Source: Actinomycetes bacterium (lineage in GTDB: Bacteria; Actinomycetota; Acidimicrobiia; Acidimicrobiales; CADCSY01). Taken from it: 64,000 nt of DNA. Made by a program: the position numbers and the translations under genes. The notes under the pieces are model-generated. The model was not told the origin of the DNA and made no database searches. It worked only from the letters and a program-made list of their open reading frames with translations. How positions within the stretch are numbered: position 1 is the first letter of the stretch; the number at the start of each line of letters is the position of its first letter. This document shows, in pieces, positions 11,827-20,649 of this stretch. The stretch spans positions 259,309-323,308 of the forward strand of contig JANNOZ010000016.1 in assembly GCA_031399525.1 (NCBI GenBank). The letters run 5' to 3'.

Positions 11827-11859
11827 TTGTCCACAACGCGATCCACATGGAGTGGACAA
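11827..11859. promoter_or_regulatory. three DnaA boxes upstream of dnaA (autoregulatory or second origin cluster)
   Basis: TTGTCCACA (11827-11835), cGATCCACA (11839-11847) and agtggacaa, the complement of TTGTCCACT (11851-11859), all within 33 bp. Confidence 0.7.
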
Positions 11860-12124
11860 CTTGGTGGCGCGCCCGAAGATGGCCACGAGGCCCCCCTCCA
11901 AGCGCAAGGCGCACGACCGTAGGCTCGGCCCCCTGGCGATGCAAGGGCCGTGGGCACCGGCTCCGAGCAGGAGATTGGCTCACGAGGTGCGCGCCCTCTA
12001 ACCTTCGAGGTCACCGCTGGCGCCTTATCCGGCGCACCCCGTTTGCGCCCCGTTCACCACGTGCGGAGCCCAGCGTCAGCACCAGGCGACGGCCCACTGC
12101 TCGGCCGTCGAGGAGGATCACGTC

Positions 12125-12259
12125 GTGAAGCGCACCTACCAGCCGAACAACCGGCGGCGGGCGAAGAAGCACGGGTTTCGCCATCGGATGGCAACCCGGT
12201 CCGGCCGTGCCGTGATCAAGGCCCGACGTCGGAAGGGCCGCGCCCGGCTCTCGGCGTGA
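12125..12259 (+). CDS. rpmH: 50S ribosomal protein L34
   Basis: 44-aa ORF below the track cutoff: [53 protein letters not shown] upstream of GTG. Followed by rnpA. Confidence 0.95.
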   Translation: MKRTYQPNNRRRAKKHGFRHRMATRSGRAVIKARRRKGRARLSA

Positions 12260-12268
12260 TCTGGGCCT

Positions 12269-12628
12269 GTGGCGACAACGATCGGGCGGCTCCGGGGACG
12301 ACGGGCGATCGCTGACATGCTCCGTGATGGCCTGCGCGCCCAGAGTGGTGCCGTCCACGTGGTGTGGCAGCGGTCCGTGCCGACTTCGTCTGAGGTTCCC
12401 CGGGTCGGTTTCGCCGTATCGCGGCGGGTCGGCAACGCCGTCGTGCGCAACCGCACTCGCCGCCGGCTGCGTCAGATCTGTCGGGACAGCGGACACCTCC
12501 ATGGCGGCGCATACCTGATCCGGGTCCAGCCCGAGGCGGCCACGTTGCCCTACGCCGAGTTGGCTCAAAACGTCGATCGAGCACTGATCCGGGTCCAGCG
12601 TCCCCACCAGCCCGGAGGCGGGGAATGA
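12269..12628 (+). CDS. rnpA: ribonuclease P protein component
   Basis: 119-aa [26 protein letters not shown] motif. Conserved rpmH-rnpA-yidD order. Confidence 0.93.
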   Translation: MATTIGRLRGRRAIADMLRDGLRAQSGAVHVVWQRSVPTSSEVPRVGFAVSRRVGNAVVRNRTRRRLRQICRDSGHLHGGAYLIRVQPEAATLPYAELAQNVDRALIRVQRPHQPGGGE

Positions 12629-12855
12629 CCCTGACCTCTCGGGCCCTGATCGGGGTGTGCCGGGGATGGCAGATGCTTCGGTCAAACCGTCCATCTCCAT
12701 GTCGGTTCACGCCCACCTGTTCGGCATATGCCATCGAGGCGATCGAACGGCACGGCTCCCTGCGGGGGAGTTGGTTCGCCGTTCGTCGACTCGGGCGCTG
12801 CAATCCGTGGGGACCATTCGGCTTCGATCCCGTGCCCGAGGAGAGGACTGCCTAG
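12625..12855 (+). CDS. yidD: membrane protein insertion efficiency factor YidD
   Basis: 76-aa ORF with [19 protein letters not shown] motif. ATGA overlap with the rnpA stop. Confidence 0.93.
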   Translation: MTLTSRALIGVCRGWQMLRSNRPSPCRFTPTCSAYAIEAIERHGSLRGSWFAVRRLGRCNPWGPFGFDPVPEERTA

Positions 12856-13737
12856 ATGTTCGACCTGTTCGCAGGGCTGCTGGCCTTCTGCTACGACATC
12901 TGGCCGTCATACGGCGGTGCCATCGTCCTGTTCACGCTGATCATCATGGTGGTGCTCAGCCCGCTATCGATCAAGAGCGCCCGCTCGGCCATCGCCCTGC
13001 AACGCCTTCAACCGGAGCTCAAGCGGCTCCAAGAGAAGTACAAGGACGACCGCGAAGCGCTCAATCGGGAGACGATGGCCTTCTACTCGGCCAACAACAT
13101 CAACCCGTTCACGTCCTGCCTGCCCGTGCTGTTGCAGTTGCCGGTGTTCATGATCCTCTACCGGGTCCTGGAAGGCCTGACCCACAAGGGATCGGACGGC
13201 AACTTCGACCCCAAGTACCTCAACGAGAGCACCTCGCTGTACAAGTCGCTCAGCGCGACCGACGAGATGCTGTCGTGGGGGATGGACCTGTCCCGGAGCG
13301 CGCTCAAGGAACTCAGCGCGGCGGGCATGTTGGCGGCAACCCCCTACTTCGTCCTCGTGGGCCTGGTGGCGCTGACCGGTTGGTATCAACAGCGACAGAT
13401 CACCGGGCGTTCGCCTCAGTCGGGGAGCGCGCAGCAGCAGGCCATCATGAAGTTCCTGCCGTTCGTGTTCGTGCCGATCTCGCTGTCGATCCCGGCTGGT
13501 GTCGTGATCTATTTCGTGTCCTCCAACCTGGTGCGGGTGGCCCAACAGGCATGGGTGACGTACATCGAGTTCGGTCGCCCGGCCAAGAAACAGGGCGGGG
13601 GCTCCAACGGAGCGTCGGGAAAACCCGAGTCGACGGCGCTCGAGAAGGGGCTGGTGGAGGACCCCCCGCCGTCCAATGGATCCAATGGCAGCTCGGCCTC
13701 GCCGCGCCCAGCTCGCCGCAAACGACGAAAGAAGTGA
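12856..13737 (+). CDS. yidC: membrane protein insertase YidC (short actinobacterial type)
   Basis: 293-aa ORF. Multiple TM segments, LQPELKRLQEKYKDDREALNRETMAFY motif, basic C-terminal tail RRKRRKK. Confidence 0.95.
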   Translation: MFDLFAGLLAFCYDIWPSYGGAIVLFTLIIMVVLSPLSIKSARSAIALQRLQPELKRLQEKYKDDREALNRETMAFYSANNINPFTSCLPVLLQLPVFMILYRVLEGLTHKGSDGNFDPKYLNESTSLYKSLSATDEMLSWGMDLSRSALKELSAAGMLAATPYFVLVGLVALTGWYQQRQITGRSPQSGSAQQQAIMKFLPFVFVPISLSIPAGVVIYFVSSNLVRVAQQAWVTYIEFGRPAKKQGGGSNGASGKPESTALEKGLVEDPPPSNGSNGSSASPRPARRKRRKK

Positions 13738-13742
13738 CTGCG

Positions 13743-14609
13743 ATGGAATGGGTGGAAACGACGGGACGTACGGTCGAAGAGGCACGAGACGTCGCCCTCG
13801 ACGAACTGGGTGTGGACGAGGACGACGCTGAAGTGGTTGTGCTGGTCGAGCCGAAGGTGGGCCTGTTCGGGCGTGTTCGTCAGGAGGCCCGGATCCGGGC
13901 CCGAGTTCGACCGCAAGCCCCTCCACCCAAGGTCGAGCGTCGGGCGCGGCGCACCAAGCCGTCCGACCGACCCAAGGCCAGCGCCGGCCGGGCCCAGGAG
14001 GACACCCAGGCGTCCCCCGCCGTGAAAACGTCCAGAACGTCCAAGACGTCCCGAACCAAGGAGCGGTCGCCTTCTGGCGCTGCCCAGGCCCCGAGCGAGG
14101 CACCGATGACCGATACACCCACAGACCTCCCGAGCTGGGAAGAGCAGGCAACCCTGGCCCGAGAGTTCGTCGGTGGCTTGACCGAGGCGTTCGAGCTCGA
14201 GGCCGTGGTCCGGTCGGTCGAGGGAGACGACGGGGGCATCGAGATCAAGGTGGATGGCTCCGACCTGGGCCTGCTGGTGGGCCCGAAGGGAGCCACCTTG
14301 CAGGCCGTTCAGGAGCTGAGCCGGATCGCCCTCCAGCGCTACACCGTCGGTGCGTCCGAGACTCGCTTGCGAGTCGACGTCGGCGGATACCGGCAGCGTC
14401 GCCAGGAAGCCCTCGCACGGTTCGTGACCCAGATCGCCGAACAGGTGCGAGAGAGCGGTGAGGCCCAGGCGCTCGAGCCCATGAACGCCGCTGATCGAAA
14501 AGTGGTGCACGACACGGTGTCGGACATCGACGGGGTAGGCACGGTCTCCGAAGGCGAGGACCTTCGCCGCCACGTGGTCATCTCCCCCGACGACCCGGGC
14601 GCCGAATAG
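13743..14609 (+). CDS. jag: Jag/SpoIIIJ-associated KH and R3H domain RNA-binding protein
   Basis: C-terminal 288 codons of track ORF 12657..14609, starting at ATG 13743 (MEWVETTGRTVEEARDVALDELGV). Jag N-domain, basic linker, KH-like segment and R3H-like end (MNAADRKVVHDTV). Confidence 0.9.
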   Translation: MEWVETTGRTVEEARDVALDELGVDEDDAEVVVLVEPKVGLFGRVRQEARIRARVRPQAPPPKVERRARRTKPSDRPKASAGRAQEDTQASPAVKTSRTSKTSRTKERSPSGAAQAPSEAPMTDTPTDLPSWEEQATLAREFVGGLTEAFELEAVVRSVEGDDGGIEIKVDGSDLGLLVGPKGATLQAVQELSRIALQRYTVGASETRLRVDVGGYRQRRQEALARFVTQIAEQVRESGEAQALEPMNAADRKVVHDTVSDIDGVGTVSEGEDLRRHVVISPDDPGAE

Positions 14610-14641
14610 CACCGACCCCCACCTCAAACTCGATCGTCGCC

Positions 14642-15265
14642 ATGCCTGCCACGATCGAGGAGGTGTTGGTCCGAGCCCAACACCTGGGCTTCCTCGGGCC
14701 TACACCGATCGAAGAGCACCTTTCTCATGCCGACGCATTCGGCGCGGCCATTGGTCGAGCGTGGGGGGCGAGCCAACCCGAGGGCCGAGCAGTCGACCTT
14801 GGTTCCGGAGGTGGTGTGCCTGGCCTGGTGCTGGCCCTGGTGTATCCCGGACTGACCTGGTCGCTGGTCGAAGGTTCCGAACGGCGAGCAGCGTTCCTCG
14901 ACGACGCGGTGGCGGATCTGGCCTTGGCGTCTCGAGTGGAAGTGCTGGCTGATCGGGCTGAGAATGTGGGCCGATCACCTGCGTACCGGGCGGCTGCGGA
15001 CCTCGTGGTGGCTAGATCGTTCGGCCCCTCGCCCGTGCTGGCTGAGTGTGCCGCGCCGCTTCTTCGGGTCGGTGGCGCGCTGATCGTCAGCGAACCACCG
15101 GGGTCCCCGGTCGCCGAGCGGTGGGTGGGAGCAGTTGGTATCGGGCTCGGGCCGGCCGACCACCATCCGGGCCCGCCGGCCTTTGTCGTGCTCCGCCAGG
15201 TCTCAGTCTGCCCCGATCGCTACCCGAGGCGGGTGGGGATCCCCGCCAAGAGGCCCCTTTGGTGA
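14642..15265 (+). CDS. rsmG: 16S rRNA (guanine527-N7)-methyltransferase RsmG/GidB
   Basis: 207-aa ORF. SAM-binding DLGSGGGVPGLVLAL. Conserved position before parA. Confidence 0.92.
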   Translation: MPATIEEVLVRAQHLGFLGPTPIEEHLSHADAFGAAIGRAWGASQPEGRAVDLGSGGGVPGLVLALVYPGLTWSLVEGSERRAAFLDDAVADLALASRVEVLADRAENVGRSPAYRAAADLVVARSFGPSPVLAECAAPLLRVGGALIVSEPPGSPVAERWVGAVGIGLGPADHHPGPPAFVVLRQVSVCPDRYPRRVGIPAKRPLW

Positions 15266-15275
15266 CTCGCCTCAA

Positions 15276-15291
15276 TGTTCCACGTGGAACA
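15276..15291. promoter_or_regulatory. parS centromere-like site
   Basis: Perfect 16-bp palindrome TGTTCCACGTGGAACA, matching the parS consensus tGTTnCACGTGnAACa. Lies in the rsmG-parA spacer. Confidence 0.85.
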
Positions 15292-15350
15292 TCGAGGCGA
15301 GGGTCCTTGCGCCAGGGCCGGTCGACCGCGAGGATCTTGGCGTGCCCGAC

Positions 15351-16436
15351 ATGAGCGACCAACCGGCCCGACGCTGGTTCGGGCGAGGGGGTCGTCCGCC
15401 TCGGGCCGCCGACCAGCTCGACGTGGTCGCAACTCCCGCCGACGATCCCGAGCCGATCTCCGAAGCAGGTCCAGTCGTGGCCCCCGACGATCTGGTGGGC
15501 GACGGAGGGTCCGTGAGCCGAGCCGAGCCGCGGGTGTTCGATGACGGCGCAGCCGGCGAAGGCGTAGTGGCTGAGCCGGGGCCCGAGCTAGCGGCGGCCG
15601 AAGAGGTCGAGAGTGGCGAGCCGCCCGCAGAAACCCCGAATGGATTCGCCCGCCCGCTACCGAGGGTCATCGCGCTGGCCAATCAGAAGGGCGGAGTGGG
15701 CAAGACCACCACGGCCATCAACCTGGGGGCGTGCCTGGCCGGCCTGGACTACCGCGTGTTGATCTGTGACCTCGACCCCCAAGGCAACGCCTCGACCGGC
15801 CTCGGCCTCAACTCTCGCCACCTCGAGGTCTCGATGTACGACGTGGTGGTCAACGAGGCGGCCATCGAGGACTGCATTGAACCCACCTCGGTCCGGAACC
15901 TCTTCGTCGCACCGGCCAGCCTCGACCTGGCGGGTGCCGAGATCGAGTTGGTACCGGCCTTCAGCCGAGAGCTCCGGCTCAAGCGGGCCATCGACTCCAT
16001 CCTCGACGACTTCGACTTCGTGCTCATCGACTGTCCCCCCTCGTTGGGTCTGTTGACCATCAACGGGCTGGCAGCAGCGTCGGAGGTCATCGTCCCGGTC
16101 CAGTGCGAGTACTACGCACTGGAGGGTCTGGGTCAGCTGTTGCGCAACGTTTCGTTGGTTCAGCGCAACCTCAACCAGTCCCTCGATGTGAGCGCCATCG
16201 TCCTGGTCATGTACGACGCCCGGACGAAGTTGTCCGAGCAGGTGGTGCAGGACGTACGGGCCCACTTTGGTGACAAGGTGTGCCGGGTGGTCATTCCCCG
16301 AACCGTCCGCCTGTCCGAGGCGCCGTCGTTCGGCCAGCCGATTGTGGCATTCGATCCCACGTCTCGAGGGGCGATCGCCTATCGAGAGTTAGCTCTGGAG
16401 GTGAGCGGTGGTCGCGCGGCGCAGCGGGCTGGGTAG
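15351..16436 (+). CDS. parA: chromosome partitioning ATPase ParA/Soj
   Basis: Track ORF 15135..16436. Start set to ATG 15351 (MSDQPARRW), downstream of rsmG and parS. Deviant Walker A ANQKGGVGKTTT. Disordered N-terminal extension typical of actinobacterial ParA. Confidence 0.93.
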   Translation: MSDQPARRWFGRGGRPPRAADQLDVVATPADDPEPISEAGPVVAPDDLVGDGGSVSRAEPRVFDDGAAGEGVVAEPGPELAAAEEVESGEPPAETPNGFARPLPRVIALANQKGGVGKTTTAINLGACLAGLDYRVLICDLDPQGNASTGLGLNSRHLEVSMYDVVVNEAAIEDCIEPTSVRNLFVAPASLDLAGAEIELVPAFSRELRLKRAIDSILDDFDFVLIDCPPSLGLLTINGLAAASEVIVPVQCEYYALEGLGQLLRNVSLVQRNLNQSLDVSAIVLVMYDARTKLSEQVVQDVRAHFGDKVCRVVIPRTVRLSEAPSFGQPIVAFDPTSRGAIAYRELALEVSGGRAAQRAG

Positions 16437-17334
16437 AGGTCTGGGTGCCCTGATCCCGCCGGAGGCGGGCGGGGCCGAGCAGACCAGCTACCGGGAAGTC
16501 CCTACAAGTGCGATCGAGGCCAACCCCAATCAGCCGCGGCGTCACTTCGACGAAGACACGTTGTCCAACCTCACCGCGTCGGTCCGTGAGCTGGGTGTAC
16601 TTCAGCCCCTACTCGTGCGACCACTGGGTGACGATCGCTACGAGCTGATCGCCGGCGAGCGACGTTGGCGGGCCGCCCGCCGGGCGGGGCTCACGGTGGT
16701 GCCGGTCCTGGTGCGACCAGTGGTCGACAGTGAATCGCTCGAGCAGGCGTTGGTCGAGAACCTCCATCGCCAAGATCTCAACGCGCTCGAGGAGGCCGCG
16801 GCCTACCAGCAGCTCATCGAAGAGTTCGGCCTGACCCACGAGCGGGTGGCAACCCGGGTGGGGCGCAGTCGAACCGCGGTGACCAACGCGCTGCGGCTGT
16901 TCCAGCTGCCGCCCTCGGTTCAGCGCCTGGTTCGAGAGAACCGGCTCTCGGCCGGTCATGCGCGGGCGCTTCTGGCCAACCCAGACCGGGCGTCCCAGGA
17001 GGAGCTGGCTTCTCGCGCCGTCGCCGAAGGGTGGTCGGTCCGAGCAATCGAGGAAGCCGTCCGGGCCAGCCAGCCCACCGAGGTCGAGATCGAGACCGAG
17101 GCTGAGGCGGCTGCAACGCCGGCCAAGCCGGCGACTCCCACTTCGTCGTTCGATCCCGCGGCACCGCTGCGTCCGGCCGGTCTGGTCGAGCTCGAACGGA
17201 TGTTGGCTGATCGTCTCGATACCAGGGTGCGGGTCGAAGAGGGCTCCGCCAAAGGCCGCGTGGTCGTCGAGTTCGCCGACCTGGCCGACCTCGAGCGCAT
17301 CGCCCGGGTCATGCTCGGCACCACCCAGCACTGA
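16408..17334 (+). CDS. parB: chromosome partitioning protein ParB/Spo0J
   Basis: 308-aa [15 protein letters not shown]-terminus, ParB box [16 protein letters not shown] region. Overlaps the parA end by 29 nt. Confidence 0.95.
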   Translation: MVARRSGLGRGLGALIPPEAGGAEQTSYREVPTSAIEANPNQPRRHFDEDTLSNLTASVRELGVLQPLLVRPLGDDRYELIAGERRWRAARRAGLTVVPVLVRPVVDSESLEQALVENLHRQDLNALEEAAAYQQLIEEFGLTHERVATRVGRSRTAVTNALRLFQLPPSVQRLVRENRLSAGHARALLANPDRASQEELASRAVAEGWSVRAIEEAVRASQPTEVEIETEAEAAATPAKPATPTSSFDPAAPLRPAGLVELERMLADRLDTRVRVEEGSAKGRVVVEFADLADLERIARVMLGTTQH

Positions 17335-17361
17335 GACGCCACCGAGAGTTGAGGGTTGAAC

Positions 17362-17386
17362 ACCTGCTCACTAGCGGCAGGTTTTC
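17362..17386 (+). terminator. intrinsic terminator candidate after parB
   Basis: ACCTGC-tcactagcg-GCAGGT stem-loop followed by TTTT, about 28 nt after the parB stop. Confidence 0.5.
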
Positions 17387-17450
17387 AGCTCGACTACAGG
17401 TCTATCCCCATCCTGTGGGTGACCTTGGGGATAATCCCTCAGGCAACGAT

Positions 17451-17478
17451 CGAGGCGTGGCCCCAAGGCCACGCCTCG
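17451..17478. terminator. 12-bp-stem GC-rich hairpin between convergent parB and trxA
   Basis: CGAGGCGTGGCC-ccaa-GGCCACGCCTCG is a perfect inverted repeat. No U-tract on either strand. Confidence 0.55.
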
Positions 17479-17505
17479 ACGCAGGAGACGATGGAGCGGT
17501 GGGTA

Positions 17506-17832
17506 TCAGGAGATGAACTCTGACAGTTCCTCGAGCAGCTGATGCTTGCCCTTGGCGCCGACGAGGCGCTTCTCGGCCTTGCCATCCTTGAACACGATCA
17601 GGGTCGGGATGCTCATGACGTCGAAGCGTCGGGCGATTCCGGGGTGGTCATCGACATTGAGCTTGGCCACTCTGAGCTTGCCAGCCTGCTCGGTGGCGAT
17701 CTCGTCGAGGACCGGAGCGATCAGCTTGCACGGTCCGCACCATTCGGCCCAGAAGTCGACGATCACCGGCTCGGTGGCCGACAGGATCTCTTCGTCGAAT
17801 GAGGTCTCGGTCAGGTTGTTGGTGGCGCCCAT
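17506..17832 (-). CDS. trxA: thioredoxin
   Basis: 108-aa ORF with WCGPC active site. Confidence 0.97.
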   Translation of the reverse strand: MGATNNLTETSFDEEILSATEPVIVDFWAEWCGPCKLIAPVLDEIATEQAGKLRVAKLNVDDHPGIARRFDVMSIPTLIVFKDGKAEKRLVGAKGKHQLLEELSEFIS

Positions 17833-17857
17833 GATGGGTGTCCTTTCTCGTGGATCG

Positions 17858-18871
17858 TCAGGCCGAGATGGCCGGGTCGACCTGGGTCTCGGGTTGGGCC
17901 TCGAGCCAACGTTCGGCGTCGAGTGCAGCCATGCAGCCTGAGCCAGCTGCGGTGATGGCTTGTCGGTAGCGGTCGTCCTGGACGTCTCCGCAGGCGAACA
18001 CCCCCTCGATGTTGGTGAGGGACGTCCCCGGCTGCGTCACCAGGTAGCCGGCGTTATTGGTGTCGAGCACGCCGGAGAAGAGGTCGGTGTTCGGCCTATG
18101 GCCAATGGCGACGAACAGCCCGGTGATGGCGAGGTGGTCATGCTCGCCAGTACGGACGTCTTCGATGACGGCACCCTCCAGGCGTTGCTCGCCGACCAGT
18201 TCGACGACCCGGCTGTGCCAGCGGAACTCGATGCGCTCGTTGGCCAACGCTCGTTCCTGCATGATTCGAGACGCCCGCAGTTCGCCCCGCCGGTGGATCA
18301 CCGTCACCTTCGAGGCAAAGCGGGTGAGGAAGAGCGCCTCTTCGATGGCGCTGTCGCCACCGCCCACGACGGCGATCTCGTGGTCGCGGAAGAAGAAGCC
18401 GTCGCAGGTCGCGCAGGTCGACACACCATGACCGAGGAGGCGGTCCTCGCCCGGGACATCGAGCATCAGGGACCGCGCTCCGGTCGACACGATGATCGAT
18501 CGGGCCCGATAGGTGGGCGTGGACGCTGTCGGATCGCCCACCCACACCCCGAACGGCCGGGCCGACAGGTCGACCCGAGTGACGCGGTCGGTCACGAACT
18601 CAGTTCCAAATCGGGCCGCCTGGGCTCGAAACGAGGACATCAACTCGGGACCCATGATCCCGTCGACGAAACCGGGAAAGTTCTCGACTTCGGTGGTGAG
18701 CATCAGCTGTCCGCCGGGCTGGTCGCTCGTAGATGACGGAGCCCCCTCGATGACCAGGGGCTCGAGCATGGCCCGGGAGGTGTAGATGGCCGCGGTCAAG
18801 CCGGCCGGACCCGAGCCGATGATAACAACGTTACGGAGCGACTGGTCGGTCTGGGGGGCGTGGATGGTCAT
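17858..18871 (-). CDS. trxB: thioredoxin-disulfide reductase
   Basis: Track ORF 17858..19240. Start set to ATG 18871 (MTIHAPQTDQSLRNVVIIGSGPAGLTAAIY). Redox CATCDG motif. ATGA overlap with the upstream gene's stop. Confidence 0.95.
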   Translation of the reverse strand: MTIHAPQTDQSLRNVVIIGSGPAGLTAAIYTSRAMLEPLVIEGAPSSTSDQPGGQLMLTTEVENFPGFVDGIMGPELMSSFRAQAARFGTEFVTDRVTRVDLSARPFGVWVGDPTASTPTYRARSIIVSTGARSLMLDVPGEDRLLGHGVSTCATCDGFFFRDHEIAVVGGGDSAIEEALFLTRFASKVTVIHRRGELRASRIMQERALANERIEFRWHSRVVELVGEQRLEGAVIEDVRTGEHDHLAITGLFVAIGHRPNTDLFSGVLDTNNAGYLVTQPGTSLTNIEGVFACGDVQDDRYRQAITAAGSGCMAALDAERWLEAQPETQVDPAISA

Positions 18872-19230
18872 GTCCTCGAGGCGTTTTCGGCGGGGGAGAC
18901 CCGGGGGGTCCGGAGCCTCAGCACCAACACGCCGGCCACGACGAAGATTCCACCGGACACCAGGTAGGCCGACCACACCGGCCCCGGCATGATGGCGAGA
19001 AGCCGGCCGAACAAAATGAAGACCAGGATCACCAGGGCGAAGCCGATGAACGTCAGGGCCCCACCGACGGCCAGCCAGCGCACGATGCGGGCGACCGGTT
19101 CGGTGGTGCGGGACCGCACTGAGTCGACGGCCCGTTCGAGGCTCTGGGCCAACGAAGACGCCCAATCGGCGGTGGGCGCAGGAATGGGGCCGTCGGGTTC
19201 GGGCATGGGTCGAGCGTAACCGCAGGCCAT
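18868..19230 (-). CDS. small two-TM membrane protein, function unknown
   Basis: Part of track ORF 18868..19287. Two hydrophobic segments (WLAVGGALTFIGFALVILVFILF, VWSAYLVSGGIFVVAGVLVL). Start ambiguous (ATG 19230 or 19206). Stop overlaps trxB ATG. Confidence 0.6.
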   Translation of the reverse strand: MACGYARPMPEPDGPIPAPTADWASSLAQSLERAVDSVRSRTTEPVARIVRWLAVGGALTFIGFALVILVFILFGRLLAIMPGPVWSAYLVSGGIFVVAGVLVLRLRTPRVSPAENASRT

Positions 19231-19244
19231 GACCGGGCAATCGC

Positions 19245-20000
19245 TCAGCGGTCGGGGTCGAAGGAGGCCACGGTCAGCAATCGGCACTCGCCGGAGTCGA
19301 CGACCACAGCAGTGTTCGCCAGGCCGTCGCGATCGCCGACGAACACGTACACCTCAGCCGGCTGGCCCTGCCACGACGTCGTGCCCACGAGGCGAAGTGT
19401 CCCGGTGGCGGCTTCGCCGACTGTGGTCGCCTCCCGGCACCGCAGCTCGCTATCCAGGGCGCCCCTCTCGGCGTTGGCCGACGAGGAGGCCGACGGCGCC
19501 GACGCGTTCTCCAGCAGGCTGGGCGCCACGCGGTCGATCAGCTCGGTGGCCGAACCCACCGGACCCACGTCCCCGACGTCGATGGCGCCGTCGGGGGCTG
19601 TTTGCCCCTCCGCATCCGCATCGGCCTGGGCGGACATGTCGCTCGACGCAGAGGTGTCGTGGTTCGTTCGGGGGGCGTCGACGATCCGGGCGACCACGGC
19701 CCCACCGAGCACCATCAGCACGATGGCGGCCGCCGCGGCGAGGCGGGGCGATCGGCGATGTTGGTTCCGTTGGTCCGGACTGGCGGCCGCGGCCAGGGCC
19801 CGGGCCACATCACGGTCCACAGCCTCGGGCGACGGCGCTGGCGCCATGGTGGCCACCCGCCTGGTCACCTCCGTGAGCTCGGCCAGCCGGCGGCGGCACG
19901 AGGCGCAGTCGGTCAGGTGGGTCCGGACCGACTCGGGGACGTGGCCGTCGACCGCATCTGAGAACTGGATCTCGTCGAGGTGGAGCGGGTCAGTGGTCAT
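19245..20000 (-). CDS. anti-sigma factor (zf-HC2 type, single TM, extracytoplasmic C-domain)
   Basis: C-terminal 251 codons of track ORF 19245..20408, from ATG 20000 (MTTDPLHLDEIQ). H-x3-C-x2-C motif THLTDCASC. TM segment LAAAAAIVLMVLGGAVVA. Overlaps the sigma gene stop by 11 nt. Confidence 0.8.
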   Translation of the reverse strand: MTTDPLHLDEIQFSDAVDGHVPESVRTHLTDCASCRRRLAELTEVTRRVATMAPAPSPEAVDRDVARALAAAASPDQRNQHRRSPRLAAAAAIVLMVLGGAVVARIVDAPRTNHDTSASSDMSAQADADAEGQTAPDGAIDVGDVGPVGSATELIDRVAPSLLENASAPSASSSANAERGALDSELRCREATTVGEAATGTLRLVGTTSWQGQPAEVYVFVGDRDGLANTAVVVDSGECRLLTVASFDPDR

Positions 20001-20649
20001 GTGGGTCCGGAGATGAGACGTCGCGGGCGCCGTCGGAGTTCCCCGCCAGAGCCTGAGCCATGGCTGCTCGACCTCGGGCCAGCCGCGATCGAACCGTGCC
20101 CACAGGGATCTCGACGATCTCGGCGATCTCGGCGTAGTCGAAGCCGCACTGGTCCCGGAGGACGACGACCGTTCGGTGCTCGATGGACAACGTGGCGAGA
20201 GCCCCGACGATGTCGAGCCGATCGGCCACGTCGCCGTCGATGGCTGCGAGTGGGCGGTTCGGCCAGACCGAGGCCCGGTCACCGGCTGTTTGGAGATCGA
20301 CCGGTTCGGGCCTTCGAGCGCGCCGTCGGTGCTCATCGAGGCAGGCATTGACGGCCACGCGATGGGCCCAGGTGGTGAATGCGGCCCGACCGTCGAAGTT
20401 GGCCACACCGACGGCTATGGCGATCATGGCCTCCTGGGTGGCGTCGTCGAGATCGAGCGATCCACCGCCGATGCCGTGGCACACGGCCCGGATCCGTGCG
20501 TGATGTCGACGGAGCAGCTGATCGAGGGCCCGACGGTCGCCGGCGCGGGCGGCTCGTACCAGGCTGAGATCATCGGGCTCGTCGGTGTGTGGTCGATCGA
20601 TCCGGGCAGGGTAGGCGAGCGGGTCACGACCACAACGAGAGTTCGGCAA
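19990..20649 (-). CDS. ECF-type RNA polymerase sigma-70 factor (SigM-like by position)
   Basis: 219-aa ORF. Region 2 (DATQEAMIAIAVGVANFDGRAAFTTWAHRVAVNACLDEHRR) and region 4 (DYAEIAEIVEIPVGTVRSRLARGR). The only available start is TTG 20649, which overlaps the kinase end. Confidence 0.88.
   Translation of the reverse strand: MPNSRCGRDPLAYPARIDRPHTDEPDDLSLVRAARAGDRRALDQLLRRHHARIRAVCHGIGGGSLDLDDATQEAMIAIAVGVANFDGRAAFTTWAHRVAVNACLDEHRRRARRPEPVDLQTAGDRASVWPNRPLAAIDGDVADRLDIVGALATLSIEHRTVVVLRDQCGFDYAEIAEIVEIPVGTVRSRLARGRAAMAQALAGNSDGARDVSSPDPHDH

Noticed and set aside
12657-13742. N-terminal 362 codons of the 650-aa ORF 12657..14609
   Set aside because: This part overlaps yidD and yidC in another frame. 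Only the portion from ATG 13743 (Jag protein) looks like real protein.
17858-19240. N-terminally extended models of trxB (460 aa), gpmA (356 aa), parA (433 aa), purB, purC and purQ from the ORF track
   Set aside because: The extensions are Arg/Pro-rich, overlap upstream genes or sites (parS, stop codons) and precede canonical N-termini with SD sequences. Internal starts were used instead.
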